A stretch of DNA of 64,000 nucleotides from positions 32,110 through 96,109 of the forward strand of contig SVTH01000009.1 of NCBI GenBank assembly GCA_015063885.1, given 5' to 3'. The stretch's first letter is position 1, and each line of letters begins with the position of its first letter. The position numbers and the translations under genes were made by a program. Below are positions 37,946 through 45,016 of this stretch, in pieces. Origin of the DNA: Oscillospiraceae bacterium (GTDB taxonomy: Bacteria; Bacillota; Clostridia; Oscillospirales; CAG-382). Under the pieces are notes generated by a model. It did no database searches. It saw only the letters and a program-made list of their open reading frames with translations, and was not told the origin of the DNA.

Positions 37946-38521
37946 TTATTCACAACGGATCAACGTATACTCGCCGCCGTAGGTATTCCTGGCGAACAAG
38001 GTGAGGGCGTATTCATCCTTACACAGGTTCTCACGGGAGACGTCCGACGTTTTTTCCACCCATTTCACGGTGTAGGTGTACCGCACCCCTGCGGTATCAA
38101 TGACGGAAAGGGTGTCTCCGATGGAAAGCATCTCCACGCAGGCAAGCTGTCCTTTGGCGTCACTGCCGCCCACCACCAGGGTACTGTCGTGAACACTGCC
38201 TGCATAGCGGCGGGGATATTCCCCCACCGAGCCGCCGTCCCATGCGTTTGAAACGGGCAACAGAACGTCGTAGGCGGGGATTTCCAGCACGGCGCAGAAA
38301 TCCTCTCCCCCCAGCTCCAACACGGTCATTTCCACGTTCAGCCTGCCGTCGGGGGCACCGTCGGCAACGGGGGGCATCAGCTCCAGCATTTTTTCCGCCG
38401 TCTCACGGGCGAGGGTTGCGTTCCGCCCCGCCATCCAATGGGAGCCCAGGAAGAGCACCACCGCAGACACCGCCAGGAGGATCCCCAAGATCATCAAAAC
38501 ACGGGAAAGCTTCTTTCTCAT
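37946..38521 (-). CDS. sortase-fold protein lacking the canonical catalytic His and Cys (pseudo-sortase)
   Basis: It has an N-terminal TM anchor and the sortase-like strands AVLEIPAYDVLLPV and IGDTLSVIDTAGVRYTYTVKWVEKTSDV. VVGGSD replaces the (I/S)AHR(G) His motif and ALTLFARNTYGG replaces TL(I/L)TC. A C-terminal TLIRCE retains Arg. It overlaps the minor pilin gene by 4 nt. Confidence 0.6.
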   Translation of the reverse strand: MRKKLSRVLMILGILLAVSAVVLFLGSHWMAGRNATLARETAEKMLELMPPVADGAPDGRLNVEMTVLELGGEDFCAVLEIPAYDVLLPVSNAWDGGSVGEYPRRYAGSVHDSTLVVGGSDAKGQLACVEMLSIGDTLSVIDTAGVRYTYTVKWVEKTSDVSRENLCKDEYALTLFARNTYGGEYTLIRCE

Positions 38522-39456
38522 ACGTCAACCCTGCCGGTGCGCACGGCGACCATCACCAACGCCGCCCCTCCGAAGAAGAGAAGCAGGATATAGGGCCAAA
38601 GGATGCCGGTATCGCCGGGAGAGGGAGTGCTTTCGGAGCTGTCCTCCGAGGGGATGTAGGTATTGGTCACCGTAAAGGTGGTTCCGTTTTGCTCCACGGT
38701 CACGGTGTACGCTTCGGAAACGTTCAGCTCCGCCACCGTCCAAAGGCTTCCGTCGTCGGGAGCCGTCCAGGTGTGGCACCAGTCGTTCTCCCCGGAAAGA
38801 GTCACGGTCTCCCGGAGGACGCCGTCCTTGTAGATGGCTACCTCGACGGATGCGGGGCGTTCCACGCCCAGGGCGTCCTGCCATTGCTTCACCACGCTGT
38901 AGGTGATCTCCCGGTCCTCCACAGGATGGCTTTCCTGCTTGGGAATGGCGGTCACGTCGTAAACGGGCAGGCCGTCTCCGCCCTCGCCGGGCAACGCCAC
39001 CAGGAAGGTCTCGAAGCGATAACCCCTGCCGCCGTGCTCACGGTATTGGGTGGGGATCAGATACAGCCCCGTCTCCAGGGATGCAAAGGACGCCTTGCCC
39101 TCCCCGTCCGTCACGGTCTTTGCCGTGGGGGTGATCCCGTCGGCCAGGAGGTAAGCGTAGTAGGTCTCCGCCACCTTGCGCCACTCTCCCTGGGTGGTCA
39201 CCCGAGAGAGATCAACGGGGTATTCCGCAAAATCGCCTGCGGGAGCAAAGGATTCCCCGCTCCACACGGCAACCTTGTAAACTGCGATTTCCAGCCCTTC
39301 AAAGGGAGTGCCGTCCCCGGTGTACACCACCGTCAGGGAGCAATCCTTCTCCGGATCCACCAACGAAGGATCAAACGCCCCCGCCGTGGCGCCGAAGACG
39401 CCGCAAAGGAGTACCGCACACAGCAGATACAGCAGGATCTTTTTTACGTGTTTCAT
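38518..39456 (-). CDS. minor pilin / Cna-B-type surface protein with non-canonical sorting signal
   Basis: It has a signal peptide MKHVKKILLYLLCAVLLCGVFGATAGA and a Cna-B-like domain (YSVVKQWQD...VEVAIYKDG...WTVAELNVSEAYTVTV). The C-terminus is SPGDTG plus a hydrophobic helix plus RTGR. It overlaps the sortase gene by 4 nt. Confidence 0.7.
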   Translation of the reverse strand: MKHVKKILLYLLCAVLLCGVFGATAGAFDPSLVDPEKDCSLTVVYTGDGTPFEGLEIAVYKVAVWSGESFAPAGDFAEYPVDLSRVTTQGEWRKVAETYYAYLLADGITPTAKTVTDGEGKASFASLETGLYLIPTQYREHGGRGYRFETFLVALPGEGGDGLPVYDVTAIPKQESHPVEDREITYSVVKQWQDALGVERPASVEVAIYKDGVLRETVTLSGENDWCHTWTAPDDGSLWTVAELNVSEAYTVTVEQNGTTFTVTNTYIPSEDSSESTPSPGDTGILWPYILLLFFGGAALVMVAVRTGRVDV

Positions 39457-40289
39457 TCGTCTCCGTCGCTCGCTTTCTTTACAGGCTTAAACAAAACGAT
39501 GAGCATCAGCACGAACAGGATGGGCAGTGCCACGATGGGGGTAACGATCAGGGTGTCGATCTGATAAGCGTCCGTGGTGATGTAAATGGTATGGTGTTCT
39601 ACGGTCTCGATCCGTCTGCCCCGCACCAAAAGCCGCTCGGTGTTGATCCCGTAGGGGGTGCAGGTCAGCAGGGTGCAATAATCTCCCCCATCCACCAAAG
39701 CCAGCTCCGATACGTCGGAAGGCTCCACGATGCGGATGCGGTCCACCTGGTAGGTGAGGGTACGGTCCAGAATGGTGATGGTGAACACGTCCCCGATCTC
39801 CATTCTGTCCAGGTCGGTAAACAGCTTGGCGCTGGGAAGTCCTCGGTGGGCAGAGATCACGGTGTGGGTGGTCTCCCCGCCTACGGGAAGGCTGCTGCCC
39901 TCCAGATGCCCGATGGCCACGTTCAGCACCGCCGCAGAGGTGCCGTGGTACAGGGGAAGCTCAATGCCGATCTTGGGAATGGTGGCGTACCCCATCATGC
40001 CGTTGCCGTTGAGGTCCAGGATCTCGTAATAGTCCGGCACCCTGCCGTAATGGAGCAAGGGATAATCCAGCTCCGCCAGGGCGCGGTTGTATTCCTCCGC
40101 ACGCTCAAACAGGGCGGTGTAATCCTCTTTTTGGATGTTGTTCAGCATGGCCTCGTAGTCCACGATGGCCTGGGACTGGGTGCGGGAGTTCCAATAATCC
40201 GCCAGGGCGGGGTACAGCATCACCGAAAGCCCGATGAAGAACAGCAGAAGCAGGATAAAAGTGGGCCATTTTCTTTTTTTCATTGCCAT
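39453..40289 (-). CDS. class C (pilin-polymerising) sortase
   Basis: It has an N-terminal TM helix and the YPALADYWNSRTQSQ motif. The catalytic motifs VISAHRG, TLLTCTPYGINTERLLVRG are present. A C-terminal second TM helix is typical of class C. Confidence 0.85.
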   Translation of the reverse strand: MAMKKRKWPTFILLLLFFIGLSVMLYPALADYWNSRTQSQAIVDYEAMLNNIQKEDYTALFERAEEYNRALAELDYPLLHYGRVPDYYEILDLNGNGMMGYATIPKIGIELPLYHGTSAAVLNVAIGHLEGSSLPVGGETTHTVISAHRGLPSAKLFTDLDRMEIGDVFTITILDRTLTYQVDRIRIVEPSDVSELALVDGGDYCTLLTCTPYGINTERLLVRGRRIETVEHHTIYITTDAYQIDTLIVTPIVALPILFVLMLIVLFKPVKKASDGDE

Positions 40290-40424
40290 CGCCCGTCCTT
40301 TTTTCCCGATGATAGAACAGAAGTCGAGACGGAAAGAGGGGTCTTTCTGTCCCGACTTCCGTCCCCGAGGGGGTCGCCCTCGGGGAGAAGCTTACTGAAT
40401 TGTGATAGGAAGTCCGCAGACGAA

Positions 40425-41861
40425 TCAGTCAGCGATCTTCTCCATTCTCTTCTTGGTTACCAGCAGGATACCGGTGCACAGCATCAGACCGCCGCCGATG
40501 AGAATGAACATGGTAGTACCGAAACCACCGGTCTCAGGGAGAACCGCACCGGTCTTGTTGATAATGTGGGTATCTGCATCATCCTTAGTGTAGATATCGC
40601 TGTCGATAACACCTACCAAAGTCTTGTTTGCGTCGCCAATGACAACAACTTCACGACCGCTCAGTTCGTTATAGCCGTCGGGAGCATTGGTCTCTTCCAA
40701 ATAATATGTTCCGGCAGACAGACCCTTAATTGTAGCCTTACCGTCCTTGGTGGTAATAACAACACCGGTCTCTCCTTCGGTAGCAACGCGATAAATGCCT
40801 TCTGCTTCTTTCACCACTTTAATCTCTACGCCGCCAGTTGGGTGAGTATAAAGTTTAAACTCAGCGCCATCCAAAATGGGGTATTTGTCTTCGCCGGTCG
40901 TCTCTTTAGTCTTCACAAATTCAAACTTGTAGGTGGTAACTTCAGCTTTCACAGGATCAGTTGCGGTGAGATCATTCTCATCGCCATATTCCAAATGTGC
41001 TTCGTTGGGGTTGGTGCCATCGCCCTTAACCTTTGCGTTTTCGTTCAGAATCGCATGATACTTGATTACGATCTTCTCGCTGGCATTCAAGGTTTTGATA
41101 TACTCGTTGTCAAAAGCAATTTCAAAAGTGCAATCGTCACTAGGATTTCCATAACCATCAGTAATAGCCGTTTTGATGGTGTATCCCGTGGTGGGCACAG
41201 TCGTCAAAACACCCCCGTCATCGATTTCAACGGAGTCGATCTGCACGAAATCCAAGCCTTCGGACATTTTATCGTGCACGGTATAGTTTTCAGCGCCGCT
41301 TCCCACAGTAACGGTAATGGTATAATACACAGCCTGACCAATGGTCACAGAACCGCTGCCCACTTCCTTCTCAATACCGGGAACAGTGTTCTTCTCTTCA
41401 AAGTAGAATACTTCGTTATGCGTGTTCAAAGCGCAAAGAGCGCCAAGCGTGGAATCAACCAAATAATAACCAAAGTTCAAGCCTGCAAACTCGACAGTAT
41501 CGCCGGAAGCAGTGGCAGTGGCATTCGGAGTCATACCCGCCGCATATTTAAGTGCCTCCTGTGCCAACTCTACCATTTGGGTCTCGTTGGGATGTACCAC
41601 TTCTACCAAATAGCCTTCGATGTTGATTTCAAAATAAGCCGCACCTGCGCCGGTTTTGAAAAATTTCTCCCAATCAGACAACGGCTTGTAAGAGTACGAA
41701 TCGCCGGAGAAGCTTTCAAGAGTAGCCAACTGATAAACGCTATACTTTTGGCCGCTAACAGTATTATTGATGGTGATAGAGCCACTACCAGCCGCCAAAA
41801 CGGGAATACAGCATGCCACCAACAGCATTGCTGCGCAGAGGATCGCTAAAAGTTTTTTCAT
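40425..41861 (-). CDS. major (backbone) pilin, LPXTG-anchored
   Basis: It has a signal peptide and the E-box GTYYLEETNAPDGYNEL. The sorting signal is LPETGG plus a hydrophobic helix plus KKRMEK. Confidence 0.8.
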   Translation of the reverse strand: MKKLLAILCAAMLLVACCIPVLAAGSGSITINNTVSGQKYSVYQLATLESFSGDSYSYKPLSDWEKFFKTGAGAAYFEINIEGYLVEVVHPNETQMVELAQEALKYAAGMTPNATATASGDTVEFAGLNFGYYLVDSTLGALCALNTHNEVFYFEEKNTVPGIEKEVGSGSVTIGQAVYYTITVTVGSGAENYTVHDKMSEGLDFVQIDSVEIDDGGVLTTVPTTGYTIKTAITDGYGNPSDDCTFEIAFDNEYIKTLNASEKIVIKYHAILNENAKVKGDGTNPNEAHLEYGDENDLTATDPVKAEVTTYKFEFVKTKETTGEDKYPILDGAEFKLYTHPTGGVEIKVVKEAEGIYRVATEGETGVVITTKDGKATIKGLSAGTYYLEETNAPDGYNELSGREVVVIGDANKTLVGVIDSDIYTKDDADTHIINKTGAVLPETGGFGTTMFILIGGGLMLCTGILLVTKKRMEKIAD

Positions 41862-41914
41862 GTTCGCTTTCCTTTCTGAAATGAAGATATATGTGTTTTT
41901 TCTTTTTTACAAAA

Positions 41915-42517
41915 TTAGTCCATCCACTCCAAGGAATCAAAAGGCCAGATGCGGAAGAGGATCTTACCCACGATCTGATCATCAGTTACACAGCCGATCA
42001 CGGTACTGCGGCTGTCGATAGAAGTATCTCGTTGATCCCCCATCAAAAAGAACTGATTTTCCGGCACCTGGAAAGGAAACTCCACGTCACACTCTCCCAA
42101 GGCTTTCACCGTCAAATAGGGCTCGTCCAGATATTCTCCGTTGACGAATACGTTGCCTTCGCCGTCGATCTCGATATAATCCCCCGGAATGCCGATGACA
42201 CGCTTGATCAAGATCTTGTTGGAGTAAGAAAAGGCGCACAGGTCACCCCTGTCGGGGTCCTTGGTCTTGGCAAGCACCACGATATCCCCCTCGGTGAGAG
42301 TGGGCTCCATGCTGGTCCCTGCGATCTGCACCACGGGAAGCACCAGCGTGGCAATGAGCACCGCCACCGCCGCCACCACGATCAAGGCGTATACCGTGCT
42401 TTTCAGCACCCGCTTGTATCGCAGCTTGTATTTTTCTCGTTTGATCTCGCCCTGCAGCTGCTCCGCGGAAGGGAGGTTCTGCAGAGCGTCTGCGTTGTTC
42501 TTCTCGTTCTGCTTCAT
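41915..42517 (-). CDS. signal peptidase I (S26 family), pilus-locus associated
   Basis: The catalytic Ser box IAGTSMEPTL and Lys box ILIKRVIGIPGD are present, along with GDQRDTSIDSR. The start MKQNEKNN at 42517 overlaps the upstream stop in an ATGA. Confidence 0.8.
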   Translation of the reverse strand: MKQNEKNNADALQNLPSAEQLQGEIKREKYKLRYKRVLKSTVYALIVVAAVAVLIATLVLPVVQIAGTSMEPTLTEGDIVVLAKTKDPDRGDLCAFSYSNKILIKRVIGIPGDYIEIDGEGNVFVNGEYLDEPYLTVKALGECDVEFPFQVPENQFFLMGDQRDTSIDSRSTVIGCVTDDQIVGKILFRIWPFDSLEWMD

Positions 42518-42837
42518 GTCTCTCCGTCTCCGTCGGCGCCTTCTTCGGGAAGCTGTTCCCATTCCACAGGGTCCTGAGCTTCCTCCAAATGTTGGCTGAG
42601 CCGCCGTATATTCTCCAGGTACTGCGCCGCGGCGGCCTCCGCCGCCTCAAAAACGCCGTTGAGCTTCAGTGCCGCCTCCGCAATGGAGCCTGCCTCCATC
42701 TCCGCAATGTTGCGGTCGGAAAGCCGCTTTTCCAACTGTGCCAGCTTGCGCTCCAACTGATCCGCACGGTCCGTTTGCATCAGCAAAAGCTCCAGAAGCT
42801 GCTTGCGGTTGAGTTTCTTCAGTTCCTTCTCTGTCAA
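42514..42837 (-). CDS. small coiled-coil protein of unknown function, first gene of pilus operon
   Basis: 107 aa, heptad-rich (LKKLNRKQLLELLLMQTDRADQLERKLAQLEKRL), with an acidic tail. It is translationally coupled to signal peptidase I. Confidence 0.55.
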   Translation of the reverse strand: MTEKELKKLNRKQLLELLLMQTDRADQLERKLAQLEKRLSDRNIAEMEAGSIAEAALKLNGVFEAAEAAAAQYLENIRRLSQHLEEAQDPVEWEQLPEEGADGDGET

Positions 42838-42876
42838 GCAATCAGCCGCCTTTCGCTTTTATGGAGCATGAGTACC

Positions 42877-42899
42877 ACAGAATATAAAATATGTAGCAT
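42877..42899. repeat. left inverted repeat of candidate invertible promoter segment
   Basis: ACAGAATATAAAATATGTAGCAT. 19 of 23 positions are identical to the reverse complement of 43093-43115. Confidence 0.7.
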
Positions 42900-42912
42900 A
42901 TCATCCTTTTTC

Positions 42913-42940
42913 ATTATAGCACGATTTTTTCAAAAAGCAA
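42913..42940 (-). promoter_or_regulatory. sigma-A type promoter of the pilus operon, located inside the IR-flanked segment
   Basis: On the minus strand: TTGCTT (42940-42935), 16-nt spacer, extended -10 TGCTATAAT (hexamer 42918-42913). It lies about 75 nt upstream of the first start codon. Confidence 0.6.
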
Positions 42941-43004
42941 GATATACATTTAATTTTTTTGAATAATTATTCAAATTTTTCCGCAAAAACTGTAAACAGT
43001 GTAC

Positions 43005-43050
43005 AAAAAAAGAAGCCGACGATTGTGCAGTTTTTCATCGGCCTTTTTTT
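43005..43050 (-). terminator. bidirectional terminator after the recombinase gene
   Basis: GCCGACGA/TCATCGGC hairpin flanked by an A-run (43005-43011) and a T-run (43044-43050). Confidence 0.6.
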
Positions 43051-43092
43051 CGCGCCCAAAACTGAGGGGTAGGGTATTCCGTTTTCTGCCGG

Positions 43093-43115
43093 ATACAACA
43101 TATTTTATAATATGT
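43093..43115. repeat. right inverted repeat of candidate invertible promoter segment
   Basis: ATACAACATATTTTATAATATGT. Its reverse complement ACATATTATAAAATATGTTGTAT pairs with 42877-42899. Confidence 0.7.
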
Positions 43116-43133
43116 AGTCCGTTAAACCCCTAT

Positions 43134-43973
43134 TCACGACCGCAAGCGGCGGCAGGCCAGCTCCAGATGCGCCCGATGTTGGTTCCCGTCCTCCACGGTG
43201 TAGATGCGTGTGGTGTTGATACTGCTGTGCCCCAAAAGGTCGGCCAGCCTGACGATGTCACGGCAAACGGCGTAAAAGGTTCTGGCAAACAGATGGCGCA
43301 GATTGTGGGGGAACACCTTCTCCCGCTTCACTCCCGCACGGCGGCAGAGGGCTTTCATCTCCCGCCACACGTTGGAGCGGTTCAGCGGCTTTCCGTGCCC
43401 CGTGACGAACACGGCACCCGTTCGGATGCCCTTCCTCTTCAAATAGCCTCTCAGAGCCTTTCTGAGCGCCTCGGGCAGAAAGATCACGCGGGTCTTGTTC
43501 TTGCAGTTCACCACCGCCTTCCCCGTTGCCACGGCCTCTGCGGTGACGTAGCGCAATTCGCTGATGCGGATCCCCGTCTCGCAGATGGTGCGCAGGACGT
43601 AGGCGATCCTGCTCTCCCCCGCCGCACGGAGCAACGCGCGGTAGTCGCCCTTGGTCAGCTCCCGTTCCTCACTGCAGAACAATTGCTTCTGTACCCGGGG
43701 CAGGCGGACACAGCAATCCTCCCTGCCCATAAAGCGGAGCAGGCAATTGAGGGACACCAGCATAGAGCACACGCTGGCAGGGGCGTAGCTCTCCGAAAGC
43801 CGGCGCTTGTAGGCCACCGTCTCCCCCTTGGAAAGGGGTCTGTCCTCCAGAAAGGCGAGGAACCTCCGCCCGTCCCGCAGGTACTTTTCCACGGTGGCGG
43901 GACTCTTTTCCCCGTTTTGCAGGAACTCCCGAAATTGCTCTGTCAGCGCTTTTGCCTCCTTGTTTACGTTCAT
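43134..43973 (-). CDS. tyrosine site-specific recombinase (XerC/D / phage-integrase family)
   Basis: It has an N-terminal SAM-like domain. The catalytic signature is ETGIRISELRYV (Arg), HNLRHLFARTF (His-x-x-Arg) and LLGHSSINTTRIYT (His ... Tyr). Confidence 0.85.
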   Translation of the reverse strand: MNVNKEAKALTEQFREFLQNGEKSPATVEKYLRDGRRFLAFLEDRPLSKGETVAYKRRLSESYAPASVCSMLVSLNCLLRFMGREDCCVRLPRVQKQLFCSEERELTKGDYRALLRAAGESRIAYVLRTICETGIRISELRYVTAEAVATGKAVVNCKNKTRVIFLPEALRKALRGYLKRKGIRTGAVFVTGHGKPLNRSNVWREMKALCRRAGVKREKVFPHNLRHLFARTFYAVCRDIVRLADLLGHSSINTTRIYTVEDGNQHRAHLELACRRLRS

Positions 43974-44043
43974 GCTTTACCTCCAAAAAATCGAACGGAT
44001 CCTTTCCGAGAGCTCTCCCGAAAAGGATCCGTTTTTTTACTGA

Positions 44044-44886
44044 TTACGGTTGAATTTCCACCGTTTCCGCCCAGGCGAAGATCTGCTCCCGATACGCTTC
44101 CGCATCGGTGAAATGGGTGGCGAACTGTAGGATCCACACGCCCTTTTCCGTCACCATGGGAAAGAAGAAGCTGTGGAACTCCGTCCCTGCGATCTTGTTG
44201 GGAGCCTCGAAATAGGTCAGCTCCCCGTGGGATTTGACGTAGACTTCATTTTCAAAGCCATAGCCCTCGATCAATTGGGCGGCCAGATCCTTTACGGGAA
44301 GGTCTTTTCCGTCCGCACCCGCTTCAAAGGGCAGGAATTCCACACAGCAAAGCACCTCGGGAGACACGGCGTAAAGCTCAAAGCCTCTCTCCGACTCCTC
44401 TGTAAAATCCTCCGTCAGAGTGATGGTAAACGCCCCTGCGGTGAAGTCCTTCCCGGTGATCAGCAGGTTGCAGACGATCACCGCCGCCAACGCCAAAAAG
44501 ATGAGAAGCACCCCGCGCTTAGCCAGGAATTGCACCTTCTGCCCCTTCCGCAGAGCGTTCCGCTCCTCCTGGGGGTAAGGCTCCAGCTCCCCGTGGAAAC
44601 GGAAGGCGGGATCCCCGAAGGCGTGGCCGCCCGCAAGGGAAATATCCCCGTCCCCGCTGGGGATCTCGCAGTAGTCGTAGATCTTTTTCTTCCTGGCTAC
44701 GTACACCCGTGCCAGCTTTTCCCCGATGGAAAAGGTCTTGGTCTCTCCGTTGCCGATCTCCCCCAGCCTGCGGCAGGGAGTGGTCCCGAAGGCGGCGTCG
44801 TTGGATTCCCAATCTTCAATATATACCGTGTCTTTTTTGCCCTTTCCCCAAAAGCAAGCCTCTCTGCGTATCGTCAATTCTCTCAT
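44044..44886 (-). CDS. hypothetical bitopic membrane protein
   Basis: 280 aa with a single central TM helix (GVLLIFLALAAVIVCNLLI). I recognise no family motif. Confidence 0.5.
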   Translation of the reverse strand: MRELTIRREACFWGKGKKDTVYIEDWESNDAAFGTTPCRRLGEIGNGETKTFSIGEKLARVYVARKKKIYDYCEIPSGDGDISLAGGHAFGDPAFRFHGELEPYPQEERNALRKGQKVQFLAKRGVLLIFLALAAVIVCNLLITGKDFTAGAFTITLTEDFTEESERGFELYAVSPEVLCCVEFLPFEAGADGKDLPVKDLAAQLIEGYGFENEVYVKSHGELTYFEAPNKIAGTEFHSFFFPMVTEKGVWILQFATHFTDAEAYREQIFAWAETVEIQP

Positions 44887-44958
44887 GCGCCGTTCCTCCT
44901 TTTTTCTTTATTTTACCATATAGACAGCCCTTTTTCAAGAGTCGGGGCGCAAAAAAAC

Positions 44959-44987
44959 TTTACATTTCCGAAAAGCTGTGCTATACT
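44959..44987 (+). promoter_or_regulatory. sigma-A type promoter of LytTR module 1
   Basis: TTTACA (44959-44964), 17-nt spacer, extended -10 TGCTATACT (hexamer 44982-44987). Confidence 0.55.
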
Positions 44988-45016
44988 ACCTCCGAAAAGA
45001 ACCACGGAGGCAGACC

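Noticed and set aside
43134-43973. Tyrosine recombinase as the integrase of a prophage or integrative element.
   Set aside because: There are no phage, conjugation or excisionase genes nearby, and no att-like direct repeats flank it. The protein is short (279 aa, Xer-like) and abuts an inverted-repeat-flanked promoter, which favours an invertase role. Housekeeping XerC/D cannot be excluded.
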